The notes beneath the pieces were generated by a model. That model was not told the origin of the DNA and searched no databases. It worked only from the letters and a program-made list of their open reading frames with translations. A stretch of DNA of 64,000 nucleotides from Candidatus Poribacteria bacterium (GTDB taxonomy: Bacteria; Poribacteria; WGA-4E; PCPOR2b), in contig OZ240245.1 of the NCBI GenBank assembly GCA_965198175.1, forward strand, positions 2,624,001 to 2,688,000, in the 5' to 3' direction. Both the position numbers and the translations under genes were made by a program. This document shows, in pieces, positions 1 through 10,623 of the stretch (position 1 is its first letter; every line of letters begins with the position of its first letter).

Positions 1-3000
1 AGAGCAGATTCATACTGACCCAGAGACAACTTTGCATTACCTCGGTTGTTGTAGGCAAATGCGTATTCTGGATCTAACCGAATTGCCTCATCGTAGTCAG
101 CAATAGCAGATTCATATTGACCAAGATTGAACTTTGTAACTCCTCGATTTAGAAAGTTTGTAGCATCTGGCTTTAGACGAATTGCTTCACTAAAATCCTC
201 GCGAGCAGACTCAGACTGTCCCAATAATACCTTCGCAAGCCCTCGATTAGTGTAAGCATCTGCCATGCCCGGATTTAATTGGATCGCCTCCGTATAGTCG
301 GAAATGGCATGGTTATATTGACCAATTTCCCTTCTCGTCATTCCACGGTTGAAGTAAGCATTCGCAGCATCTGGTCTCAACTTAACAACTTCATCAAAAT
401 CAGCAATAGCTCTCTCATATTGACCAAGTTTTCTATTAGTATTACCTCGCTTGAAATAGGCTTCAAGATTATTCGGATCAAGCCGAATTACTTGGTCATA
501 GTCCTTGACAGCATTCTCATGTTGACCAAGTATGCTTTTCGCATTACCTCGATTATAAAAATTTTCCGCAAAGTCCGGCTGCAACTTAATAGCTTCGTCA
601 TAATCTTCGATAGCAGATTCATGTTGACCAATCGCATCCTTTCCTATACCTCGACTGTAGTAAATCGCGGCAGAATCCGGCTTTAGACTAATTGCTTTGT
701 CATAATCCGCAATAGCTTCTTCATATATGCCAAGAGCACCCTTTGCACTGCCGCGATAAACATACGCCTCTGCAAAATCTGGCTTTAACCGAATCACTTC
801 ATTAAAGTCTTCAAGAGCGGATCTATGTTGACTTAGAGCCAACTTGGTAGTGCCACGTCCAATATAGGCTTCAGTAAGTTCTGGCTTGAGTTGAATCGCC
901 TTGTCATAATCGGTAATAGCCTGCTCGTGTTCACCAATAGCCACGCTCACAACACCTCGATTGACATAGCCTTCGGCAAAATCCGGTTTTAGACGAATTA
1001 CCTCATTATAATCTTCAAGTGCTGATTCGTATTGACCAAGATCAGCCTTTGCACTACCGCGAATGGTGTAGGCGTCAGCATCATCCGGCTGGAGCCTAAT
1101 TCCTTCATTATAATCTTCAAGTGCTGATTCATACTCATTCAAAGCAACTTTCGACCTGCCGCGATTGAGGTAAGCTTTGGCGTATTCCGGTTTGAGACGA
1201 ATTGCCTCATCGTAATCAGCAATAGCAACCTCGTACTGCCCAAGGATTGACTTTGTATTTGCGCGGTTAAAATATGCTTCTGCCATGTCCGGCCTGAGCC
1301 TGATAGCCTCATCATAGTCACTAAGTGCCGATTTATGCTGACCCAGATCAGACCTAGTACGACCACGGCTAACGTAAGCTTCCACAAAATCGGGTTTCAG
1401 ACGAATTGCCTCATCATAATCCCTAAATGCCGCTTCGTACTGACCCATATTAGACTTCGTACCACCACGACTAGCATAAGCTTCCGCCAAATCCGGTTTC
1501 AGACGAATTGCCTCATCATAATCCTTAAGTGCTGACTCATGTCTATCAAGATTTGACTTCGCATTCCCACGATTGAGGTAAACTTCGGAATAATCCGACT
1601 TTAATTCGATTGCTTTATCATATTCCTTTAGTGCTAATTCATATTGACCAAGACGGAATTTTACGTTACCGCGACCAGTATAGGCTTCCGCCAAATCCGG
1701 CTTTAATCGGATAGCTTCATCATAGTCTTCGATTGCAGATTCATGTTCGCCAAGTTTAGATCTCGCACTGCCACGATTAAGGTAAGCTCCTGCCAATCCT
1801 GAATTTAATTTTATAAATTCGTCATAGTCCTTTATCGCGGCACTATATCGATCAAGTTCATACTTCACACCGCCACGAATTAGATAGCCTATTGCAAAAT
1901 CTGGCCTCTGCTTGATAGCTTCATCATAGTCTGCAATAGCAGATTCATAGTCGCCAAGTTCTGACTTCACATGACCACGACCCATGTAAGCCTCCGCTAA
2001 ATCTGGATTCAGACGAATCGCCGTATTACAATCTTCAAGTGCTGATTCATATTGTCCTAGAGCGGCTTTTGCCATGCCTCGATTTGAATAAACTCCTGCA
2101 AAATCCGGCTTTAGTCTGATAGCTTCACCATAGTCTACAATAGCAGATTCGCGCTGACCAAGGGCAGATTTTGCAACACCTCGATTGTTATAAGCTTCAA
2201 TTGAATCCTGTTTTAAGTGAATTGCTTTGTCATGATCAGCAATGGCTTCCTTATGTTTACCAAGAGCACTCTTAGCAACGCCTCGATTACTGTAGACTCC
2301 CGCAAAATCCGGCTCCAGTTGAATCACCTTGTTATAGTCGGTAATGGCCTCATCATATTCATCAAGGCCAGACTTTGCAAATCCTCGATTTAGGTATGCT
2401 TCTGAAAAATCTGACTTTAGGTGAATTGCTTGGTTGTAAGAGGCAATTGCTTTTTCAAGAACATCACGATTCTCGTATTGTCCTACATAAGACATTGTTA
2501 GACGAAAAGGTTTGTCTAAATATCCTTGGAGAAAAACGGATCTGTCGTAAGTGTACACAGAAAACACCTCATCATGTTCATCTTCCTGCATGCACAGAGA
2601 TCCGACCGCAAACCACGCGCCAGCAGCTAGGTCGTTATCAATCCCTTCTGCGGTGCTTGCAATAGAACGCCATTTCTCGATAGAATCATCAATTTTTCCA
2701 ACCTGCTTCAACCTATAGGCTTCGGCTATAGCCTTATTCATGACAGACGCCTTAGGGTCCTGTTCAATCTTTTGGATTGATTTCTCAAACTGTTCGCGTT
2801 TCTCAGATTGTACATCTTGAATTATTTTGACGATACTTTCAACAGTTTTCAAATCTACTTGGGTTCTGTCTTTGTAAAAATTATAGGCAAGGGTAAGCAA
2901 TGCCGCAATACCGAGAAAAAGAGTCCCAAACCCAACAAGATCTTTGCGTTTGCTGCTGGAACCACTTACGACGACCGTGTCATCTGATTTATTAATATTT

Positions 3001-3098
3001 TTATCTAGGGTAACTTCCGCAGGTTGTTCCGGCTCCACTGTTTCTTCAGTTTCCATCATCTCTGGTTGTCTAGAATCTTCCTTTTGTTCATTTTCCAT
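1..3098 (-). CDS. Membrane-anchored long TPR-repeat protein (3' end beyond window)
   Basis: Absent from the ORF track because it has no stop in the window. Manual translation from ATG 3098: MENEQKEDSRQPE..., one hydrophobic segment (LVGFGTLFLGIAALLTLAY), then about two dozen 34-aa units of the type 'LKPDFAEAYxNRGxAKxxLGQYESAIxDYDEAI'. The start codon and the left-edge repeats are in the same frame. Confidence 0.92.
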   Translation of the reverse strand, partial: MENEQKEDSRQPEMMETEETVEPEQPAEVTLDKNINKSDDTVVVSGSSSKRKDLVGFGTLFLGIAALLTLAYNFYKDRTQVDLKTVESIVKIIQDVQSEKREQFEKSIQKIEQDPKASVMNKAIAEAYRLKQVGKIDDSIEKWRSIASTAEGIDNDLAAGAWFAVGSLCMQEDEHDEVFSVYTYDRSVFLQGYLDKPFRLTMSYVGQYENRDVLEKAIASYNQAIHLKSDFSEAYLNRGFAKSGLDEYDEAITDYNKVIQLEPDFAGVYSNRGVAKSALGKHKEAIADHDKAIHLKQDSIEAYNNRGVAKSALGQRESAIVDYGEAIRLKPDFAGVYSNRGMAKAALGQYESALEDCNTAIRLNPDLAEAYMGRGHVKSELGDYESAIADYDEAIKQRPDFAIGYLIRGGVKYELDRYSAAIKDYDEFIKLNSGLAGAYLNRGSARSKLGEHESAIEDYDEAIRLKPDLAEAYTGRGNVKFRLGQYELALKEYDKAIELKSDYSEVYLNRGNAKSNLDRHESALKDYDEAIRLKPDLAEAYASRGGTKSNMGQYEAAFRDYDEAIRLKPDFVEAYVSRGRTRSDLGQHKSALSDYDEAIRLRPDMAEAYFNRANTKSILGQYEVAIADYDEAIRLKPEYAKAYLNRGRSKVALNEYESALEDYNEGIRLQPDDADAYTIRGSAKADLGQYESALEDYNEVIRLKPDFAEGYVNRGVVSVAIGEHEQAITDYDKAIQLKPELTEAYIGRGTTKLALSQHRSALEDFNEVIRLKPDFAEAYVYRGSAKGALGIYEEAIADYDKAISLKPDSAAIYYSRGIGKDAIGQHESAIEDYDEAIKLQPDFAENFYNRGNAKSILGQHENAVKDYDQVIRLDPNNLEAYFKRGNTNRKLGQYERAIADFDEVVKLRPDAANAYFNRGMTRREIGQYNHAISDYTEAIQLNPGMADAYTNRGLAKVLLGQSESAREDFSEAIRLKPDATNFLNRGVTKFNLGQYESAIADYDEAIRLDPEYAFAYNNRGNAKLSLGQYESA

Positions 3099-3237
3099 TT
3101 TACACCGCCGTTTTGACCGGGCATAATCAACTTTCTCTCAAGTCCGTCAACGCTTCCTGTCCCAGTTATAGTCCTCAATTCATTTCTAATTTTCGGATTG
3201 GTTCCCTCACGCTAGTGATACTGACGTTTGATAGGAA

Positions 3238-3266
3238 ATTATCTCACATACTTGAACTGGGGTCAA
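3238..3266 (-). promoter_or_regulatory. Putative sigma70 promoter for the TPR gene
   Basis: Minus strand TTGACC-N17-GATAAT, about 140 nt upstream of ATG 3098. Confidence 0.5.
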
Positions 3267-3300
3267 GGTGTTCTAAACACAGATAGTGCTATTTAGTTTT

Positions 3301-3571
3301 TGTAGGTTGAGTTAAGTGGATTTGATGAAAACCATGAATTATAACGCATGAGTTTGGATTGTTGATTGAGTTTAAGATTTGTTTGAGGCTAGCGAAGCCA
3401 AACTCTTTTTGGTCGTCCGGACGTTTCAAAAGCGTTGGGTTTCGCTAGGTGTCTACGCGAAAGAGGGTGTAGTTGGATTTCAGAACGTGAATCGTCGTTG
3501 GATCTGGAGGCAAGGACTTAAAAACTATCGCCTTCACTATTCGCTCAGTTGATTCCTCAACCCAACCTACA
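3301..3571. repeat. REP-doublet/MITE-like element with nested inverted repeats
   Basis: Outer IR TGTAGGTTGAGTTAAG (3301) / CTCAACCCAACCTACA (to 3571). Inner pair CTAGCGAAGCCAAAC (~3389) / GTTGGGTTTCGCTAG (~3434). Confidence 0.7.
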
Positions 3572-3647
3572 AGAGCTACTGATTGCGTTCCGATTTATTC
3601 AACTGACCGTCGGGAATCGGAATTCCCTCCTACCCTTGTTCAACCGT

Positions 3648-4856
3648 TCATCTCCTGTACTTCGGCGATGGCCCCTCCTCGCGGTAAGTCGGTGGCGGCG
3701 GATCCAGCCATTTCACGAGGCTATCCTTAATCTCAAAGGCGAAAAAGTGGTTGCCTCTGGGGTTGTAGTGGCCGCTGTAGTAGAGCTGTGCATATTCCTC
3801 CGGCGAGCAGTTGAACTGTTTGAACTCTTCAACGTGCGCATGGAGCGAATCGAAAGTGAGAAACCCCTGTTCGTTCAGATAGTCGACAAAGATTCGGTCG
3901 AATCGTGGACGGTTAAAACAAGCGTGAATGACGTCATTCGCGGGATAGCTCAGCAGAACCATCAACTCTTTTCCACCCGCTTCTGCAAATCCCCGCACCC
4001 TGTCTACGATATACATACTCGATCGCAGCGCGCACGTTTGCATTAGGTTGCGTGCAGTGTTGGCAGTGGCTTCCTGTGAATTGAAGTTCACAGCTATCCC
4101 TAGGGCATCTGCCGTTGCTCCCAGCACTCCAAGATTAACGTCGGCGGCGCCTAGCTGCGCGAGGCGGGCTTGTACGTCGAAGTCATCTTTGAAGGTTTCG
4201 TGCAGGTGTGCGCTATCGCAGAGCTGATATAGGCTGTCAGGTGTCGAGTAGGGGTTTTCATGTTCCTCAAACGCTGCGGTTTCCGGGTTCAGATGCACAT
4301 GCGCCCATGGGTTGGCGTGAAACATAAACCCTGAGGTTTCTGATTGGGCGCTCGATCCAATGTGCCGAGCATAGCCGCGCATATGAAGCATTCGCCAAGC
4401 GTAGATGTTTCGGAAATGATCGTCTGCAAAAATGTTGAGTATAACGTATTTAGCGGCTACTTCAGTCTTTTCCTCCCGAAGCATTCGTCTGTATGCTTGA
4501 TACACCCCGTGTCCGCCGACCCCGAAGTTGCGAATCGGCTCACAAAAGTGGGCGGCGAGGTATTCCTGCCAAGTTTCGCCGTCATTGACCTGATCGCACT
4601 GCGTGAAACTGTTCCCATACGTGTTTACCCGGCAGGGCCGATCTGCGAAGTTCGACATCAGCCGCTCGCCAAACCGACCGTAGCGGGAGATGGTATAGCT
4701 TTCGTCAACGCCGTCCCTGAGCACGGAGTTCTTGCGGACATACCCCAACTCAGGATCGAAAACGGCGTAGTTGTGTGCGTTCGAATCGAGAAACCTATCA
4801 ATATCCGCTCGATTCAGCGTTGACGCTTCAAAAAATTCGTGTGTTGTAAAACTCAT
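3648..4856 (-). CDS. SGNH/GDSL hydrolase-like protein
   Basis: 402-aa ORF with YGNSFT (block I), NFGVGGHG (block II) and C-terminal GHYNPRGNH (block V-like). Confidence 0.65.
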   Translation of the reverse strand: MSFTTHEFFEASTLNRADIDRFLDSNAHNYAVFDPELGYVRKNSVLRDGVDESYTISRYGRFGERLMSNFADRPCRVNTYGNSFTQCDQVNDGETWQEYLAAHFCEPIRNFGVGGHGVYQAYRRMLREEKTEVAAKYVILNIFADDHFRNIYAWRMLHMRGYARHIGSSAQSETSGFMFHANPWAHVHLNPETAAFEEHENPYSTPDSLYQLCDSAHLHETFKDDFDVQARLAQLGAADVNLGVLGATADALGIAVNFNSQEATANTARNLMQTCALRSSMYIVDRVRGFAEAGGKELMVLLSYPANDVIHACFNRPRFDRIFVDYLNEQGFLTFDSLHAHVEEFKQFNCSPEEYAQLYYSGHYNPRGNHFFAFEIKDSLVKWLDPPPPTYREEGPSPKYRR

Positions 4857-4886
4857 TTCAGATGTTCTCCTTTCAAGCTACAAGCC

Positions 4887-6816
4887 CTACCAACCCCATT
4901 CGGTGAAATAGGGGAATATTCGATAGACATGCTGCCCCCGTATTTCGCCGAACATTGTCCATAAACTGCCAATGACGTGTTGTCCCAAGATGATGCCGAT
5001 AAAGAACGGCACCATGCGCCGATACAGTTGGATGCCGCCGAACTTCAGAATCGCCCATTTAATCAGCCACGCCACGAAGATTGAGAACCAGATCCCGCCC
5101 ATCATCCAGCCGCAAGCCACGGCATAGCCTACAGGATGGAAAGGAAATCCAAGGAATCGTTGGTGCAGCACACGAAGGACAACTGTAATCACCGCGCCAA
5201 TCCAACGTCGCGGAGCATCGGATAGTTTTGGCTGCGTGGGTGTTTAATCCAAGCGTCCAACATTCCGAAACCGTTGTCGCCGATATTGTGATAGACGTTG
5301 TCCGCGCCGAAGCGGTACATGTTGTCCAGCAGCGCCCAAAAGCCGGCGAACGTTCCCACGATTGAGGCGACAACCATCGCAATCAGGAAATGACGGCTAG
5401 GCGCGTTGAGCAGTTGCGCCATCTTAAAGCCTTCAATCTGATGACCGACCGGATGGGAACGATATGCACGGCACATCCAGAACAGATGGCTGAACATCGC
5501 GATATTCGTGACGCCGATACGGCGTGAGCCAAATACGTTCAAGAGCATCTGATTAGGGCCCATGAACTCGGCATCGTGTGCGGGCGGTCCAATCTCTGCG
5601 CGAATGCGGGCAATAGCCACTGCATAGAGAATGTATACGAGCAGAAAAAGCAAGACGACCCAAGCGGACATGCCGGCGTATCCGAGGAACACGACCAGAG
5701 CGACGACACCGAGGACGATGCCGATGAGTGCAGATCGGTAGCTCATAGGCTCGCTGGCGGCAGTTTCAGGGCTCTTGCCGTGGACAATCTCCGTGAACAC
5801 CTGCTTCAAGTGCGTTCGGGCAGACCATAACGGCAGAATTGCCAAGATTATCCATGCGCCCGCTGTCTGATAACTTCGGAACGGACCTGGCGTTGCCCAG
5901 ATTCCCACCGCATTTCGATACACTAAGTCTGCTTTCCACACAAGGTGGAAAAACCAAGCTGAAAACGCTAGATTCAACGGCAGGAAATAAGCCATCCCGA
6001 CCACGAAGGGATAGACCGCCAACGGCAGCCAACCGACGGCGTTCCACGGCTTTTCGGCAAAGAACCTGCCGAGATTGTAGATGGGCGCGAAATTGGGCGC
6101 GGCGGGCAACAACCCGTGAAGCCCGTTCATAAGGTCAAATGTACCCGCGAGCCCGAATCCGAGCCACAACATTCGATTCGAAAGCAACCCGGTCCCGCCC
6201 TTCGCCATCTCCATCGGCAGTTGGATGACAGGATAGGCTAATTTTTCATTTTCTGTCCACTGTTTTCGGATAATGACATTGATACACGCAATGACGAAGA
6301 AGAGAACTATCAGGAAGCCGCCCCAAGCTAACGCGGGGATTAACCAGGGCTTGAAATGTTCTGAAATATAGAGCGTCGTTTCCCCTTGATGGTATCCTTG
6401 CAGCGCAGTCGCGTCGTAGACGGTTGCCCACTCCGGTACGTGACTGCCGAAAAGCGTCATCCATTCGTTTTCTGGCGTCACGAACCAGAAGCTCGTTAGG
6501 TGTTGAACCATCACGAGCAACAGGTCATGACCAAAAATGCCGGTCGCAATGGCTGTCATCACATAGATGATAAGGAGTTCAACGGGCTGAAGGGCAGCGC
6601 TGGGGACGTATTTGTTGAGGAAGGCGTTGAGCACCAGTAGCAAGAAGAGGGTAAACGTAACGTTGTAAAAAAGAGTGAACAGTGTCGAAAAAAAAGTTGG
6701 TAAATAGTTTCGGCAAGCGTCAGCCAGTAGAGATTAATCGGGATGAGGAGCGCGCCGATAATCAGGGCACGGTAGGATATGGTGGTAGTATTTTCATGTG
6801 TTGATGCAGATTTCAA
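4887..6816 (-). pseudogene. DUF6785/DUF6784-like (OPT-like) multi-pass membrane protein, split by two frameshifts
   Basis: Three consecutive ORF pieces (6816-, 6643-5189, 5192-4887) together align with the intact paralogues at 26550 and 47928 (EKLAYPVIQLP, RIRAEIG, HQIEGFK, FHPVGYA). Shifts lie at the A8 tract 6688-6695 and near 5200. Sequencing error is possible. Confidence 0.8.
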
Positions 6817-7288
6817 ACATACACCGCCACAAACGATGACAATTTCTACAGCGCGTAGCTTGGGTCGAACGGATACAATCTGTAACGTCTATCATTAACA
6901 ATACGATTTCAGAGGTCAATTCCCATTAAAACCCCACAACCACAGTGAAACCCAACGTTTCATAGTCAGCACCACTGAAGCCAAATCGATCGAGATGTCG
7001 GCAATTCTAGCACACAAATCCACGCTGAACAAGCGAAAAGAACAGGGCAATTGAATCTTATTATTGGGTGTAGGTGAGTCTTCGTGGTTGCCTCACTCTA
7101 GACCGGATGTGCAACGAGTTAGAATGCAAAGAGAAGAGAGGAAATTGGTGATTTGACGATCGAAGATTCTCTAGAATTAGGTGCGATTACCCTAAAGAGT
7201 GTCATTTCTAAACTTGATGTGCCCCAAATCTAATGGTGTGCGGTTTTGCGGAATTCTATTGTATACCCCTGGTAGAGTTTCCAAACAC

Positions 7289-7317
7289 TTGACAAAGCCC
7301 CGACTTCTTGTCATAAT
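7289..7317 (+). promoter_or_regulatory. Putative sigma70 promoter
   Basis: TTGACA-N17-CATAAT upstream of the 7600 gene. Confidence 0.55.
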
Positions 7318-7370
7318 GGAGTCGTGTAGCAAAGACTAAAGCCAACACATTCAGATACCCCCTGATAAGG

Positions 7371-7424
7371 GATCAACTGAGCGAATAGCGAAGGATCAAG
7401 CAAACGAATAGTGAGTGCGATAGT
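7371..7424 (+). repeat. Dispersed ~54-bp intergenic repeat
   Basis: GATCAACTGAGCGAATAGCGAAGGATCAAGCAAACGAATAGTGAGTGCGATAGT. A similar copy lies at 32969-33022, an inverted partial copy at ~3531-3553 and a partial copy at ~32806-32833. Confidence 0.75.
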
Positions 7425-7599
7425 CTTCACTAGTTTTGGGGTTGAAAACCCTTTTTGATCGCCGCAAGATTGAACGGTGATGTGTAATTCTTAGTCGCAA
7501 TCACTATACCCCTACTGTTTCGCCCGCTCCAACTGTGCCGGGCAGAGGACGTAGCGGGAGGTTTCATCAACCATAAGCATCATCATAGAGGGAGCAAGT

Positions 7600-10470
7600 A
7601 TGATGCCTAAGATGATAACCAAGATGCTAGTAGCAATCGCGCTGGCGGTGCTAATCGCCGGCACATCGTTCGCGCAGCAAGACTTTTTGTCAGGGCAAAC
7701 ACCGCCCGGCGTGGATTGGCGACAGATCCAATCAGATCGATTCACGATCATTTTCCCCGAGGAGATCACCAACGACGCTCAGCGGTTAGCCAATACGCTC
7801 GAACACACCTACGGCCCCGTCTCCAAAACGCTGCGGGGACCGCAAAAACCACTGGAGGTGGTCCTGACCAACCAAACGACCGTGTCTAACGGTTTTGTCG
7901 GCTTGGCGCCGCGTCGCAGCTTGTGGTCAACCACCCCGGACCAGAACGTTGGCAACTTACCCGGCGAGTGGTTACAATTGCTGGCGCTCCACGAGATGCG
8001 CCACGTGGTGCAGACCGACCGCATGCGCCGGGGCTTTATCCGCTTGTGGTGGGCGCTGTCGGGCGAAACAGGCGAGTCCCTGGTGGGTGGTCTGTTGGAA
8101 CCGAAGTGGTCTTCGGAGGGGGATGCGGTGGGGATCGAGACGGCGCTGAGCGAGAGCGGGCGTGGGCGCATGCCCCAGTTCGATCTGGGCATTCGTGCCC
8201 CGCTTCTGGCGGGACGGCGCTATTCCTACCCCAAAGCCTACCACCTATCGTATCGCGACTGGTATCCCGACCACTACACGCTGGGGTATTTTATGACGAC
8301 CTACGTCAAGCGCCGCTACGGTCCGGAGATGTGGGACAAGGTGATGGGCAGTTTCGCCAACCGGGCGTTCCATCCTTTCGCTTTCAACAGTGCGCTCAAG
8401 AAACACACCGGTGCCAGCACCTCCCAAACCTACGAGCGGACGATGAACGAGTTGACCGAGCTATGGCAGGCGCAGCAAAAAGACCTGCACACAACGCCGT
8501 TGCGGGTGCTCGCCGGGCAGAGCCAGTCGGGCGTATGGACTAACTACAAATATCCGCATTACCTGGCAGACGGCAGCGTGCTGGCGAGCAAGAGCGGCTT
8601 GGCTGACCCGGCGACGCTGATACGGCTGTATCCCGACGGCCGCGAGGAGCGCGTGCGCTTCTACTCACCCCTGGGTGGTATTCGCGCAGCCGGCGGCAAA
8701 ATAGCTTGGAACCGTTTTATCCCGGATGTGCGCTGGGGCCGTCGCGACTATTCTGACGTGGTGGTGCTGGACATTGCCAGCGGCCGGATCCGCCGACTCA
8801 CCCACAAAGCCAAGTTGTTCGCGCCCGCTCCTTCGCCCGATGGCACACGCCTCGCCGCCATTGGATTCGGACCGGACCGGCGCTGCAACTTGGTGCTGTT
8901 GGAAACAGCCAGTGGCGTGGAGCAGGCGCGTTTCCCAGCCCCCGACGGGGTGTATTGGCGCACGCCGGCGTGGTCGGAGGACGGGTGCCATATCGCTGTC
9001 GTGCGGCAGGACGCACGCGGCAACGCGCTTGAGCGCATTGATGCTGTCGATGGCGAGGGGCAGATTGTGTTGCCGCACACCCACGACGAGATTGGCTGGC
9101 CGATTTTCTGGGGTTCCTACCTGCTTTTCGACTCGCCCTATTCGGGTATCGACAATATCCACGCTGTCCACCTATCGAGCGGGGCACACTACCAGGTGAC
9201 CTCTCGACCGCTGGCTGCCACCCATGTGTCCGTGGACGGCGATTCGCTCCTGTTCGAGGAATACACGCTTGATGGCTACCGCATCGCGGTCATGCCCCTA
9301 GACCCGGCGACCTGGACACCGATCGAGCAGGTCGTGGATCGCCGTGTACGCTATTACGAACCACTGATCGACCAAGAGCAAGGCGGCAGCGTGTTGGCGG
9401 ACATCCCGCAGCAGGTCTACCCGGTACGCCGCTATCGACCACTAGGCCATCTGCTCAAGATCCACAGCTGGGCTCCTCGGACAGACGGGGCAAACCACTC
9501 CCTCAAACTCACATCGAGCGATTTGCTCGATCTCAGCAGCCTGAGCAGCGGGGTCGAATACAATAGCAACGAGCACGCCTTCAGCGTCTTGGGGGATTTC
9601 AGCTTGTCGGCGTGGTATCCCATTTTCAGCGTGGGTGGACGCTGGGGCAAGCGGATCGGAGTCTACGAGATCGAAGAGGAAGATGACACCAAATATGACT
9701 CTGACATAAAGGAAGTCACTGACAAGTGGACCGAAAAGAGTCTGCATGCCAGCGTCGAAGTGCCCTTGAATTTATCCCGTGGCCCCTGGAGTTCTTCCGC
9801 CAATTTGAGCGTAACGGCAAAGTTGACCGATATCACCGACGAGGACGACCCAAACCATCCCGATTCAAGCGCCTTGTTCGAGGAAAAGCTGAACGGACGT
9901 TTTGCGCCGCTGTCCTACCAGCTCGCCTTATCTCGGTCGCGCCACAAGGCAAAGCGCGACCTGGCTCCCGCCTGGAGCCAGAGCTTGCAACTGACCTACC
10001 GCCACACCCCTTTTCCGGGCGACCACGACGTCACCTTGCTGTCAGGCCGGCTGGGGTTGACCTTTCCCGGTCTCTGGGCTCACCACAGCCTGCGGCTGAA
10101 GGGTACTTACGAGTGGCAAGATGATGCCAATCTCTACCGTTTTGCGAGCGAACAGGTCTTTGTCCGCGGCTACGACTACCACTTCCATCGCCACTTTTAT
10201 CAGGGGTCAGCCAACTATGCATTGCCGCTGTTCTACCCGGACTGGAACTTGGGGGCGTTGGTGTACGTCCAGCGTGTCAAGTCCAACTTTTTTTACGATT
10301 TCGGCTTGGGAAAGGACGGCTCTCAGCGCACCACCTACCAAACGGCGGGTGCCGAGCTTACCTTCGATTTCCACCTGTTATTCCCACTGGATATGGGCGC
10401 GAGGTACAGCTACCGTTTTGACGAGCGAAATTCACGCTTTGAAGCGGTCATCAATATCCCAGAGTTTTGA
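7600..10470 (+). CDS. Secreted outer-membrane protein: zinc-peptidase-like domain + TolB/WD40-like propeller + probable C-terminal beta-barrel
   Basis: 956 aa with a signal peptide (..TSFA|QQ), HEMRH followed by EGDAV (gluzincin pattern), PD40-like repeats (PAPSPDG, PAWSEDG) and alternating aromatic beta-strands ending in terminal Phe. Confidence 0.75.
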   Translation: MMPKMITKMLVAIALAVLIAGTSFAQQDFLSGQTPPGVDWRQIQSDRFTIIFPEEITNDAQRLANTLEHTYGPVSKTLRGPQKPLEVVLTNQTTVSNGFVGLAPRRSLWSTTPDQNVGNLPGEWLQLLALHEMRHVVQTDRMRRGFIRLWWALSGETGESLVGGLLEPKWSSEGDAVGIETALSESGRGRMPQFDLGIRAPLLAGRRYSYPKAYHLSYRDWYPDHYTLGYFMTTYVKRRYGPEMWDKVMGSFANRAFHPFAFNSALKKHTGASTSQTYERTMNELTELWQAQQKDLHTTPLRVLAGQSQSGVWTNYKYPHYLADGSVLASKSGLADPATLIRLYPDGREERVRFYSPLGGIRAAGGKIAWNRFIPDVRWGRRDYSDVVVLDIASGRIRRLTHKAKLFAPAPSPDGTRLAAIGFGPDRRCNLVLLETASGVEQARFPAPDGVYWRTPAWSEDGCHIAVVRQDARGNALERIDAVDGEGQIVLPHTHDEIGWPIFWGSYLLFDSPYSGIDNIHAVHLSSGAHYQVTSRPLAATHVSVDGDSLLFEEYTLDGYRIAVMPLDPATWTPIEQVVDRRVRYYEPLIDQEQGGSVLADIPQQVYPVRRYRPLGHLLKIHSWAPRTDGANHSLKLTSSDLLDLSSLSSGVEYNSNEHAFSVLGDFSLSAWYPIFSVGGRWGKRIGVYEIEEEDDTKYDSDIKEVTDKWTEKSLHASVEVPLNLSRGPWSSSANLSVTAKLTDITDEDDPNHPDSSALFEEKLNGRFAPLSYQLALSRSRHKAKRDLAPAWSQSLQLTYRHTPFPGDHDVTLLSGRLGLTFPGLWAHHSLRLKGTYEWQDDANLYRFASEQVFVRGYDYHFHRHFYQGSANYALPLFYPDWNLGALVYVQRVKSNFFYDFGLGKDGSQRTTYQTAGAELTFDFHLLFPLDMGARYSYRFDERNSRFEAVINIPEF

Positions 10471-10623
10471 GCCGACACCGAGACCCGCCTGCCCGCCATC
10501 ATGACAAAGTTCGACGATTCGGTTTGGCACTGAAGGCTTTTTTTAGAATTGAGGATTATTGTTTAGGACTTATGCAAACAATAGGTCCCGACCGGGAAAT
10601 CGCTCCTACAAGGACCTACACCG

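Noticed and set aside
279..3126. Short plus-strand ORFs here and minus-strand ORFs at 62563-63846
   Set aside because: Antisense shadows of the TPR genes.
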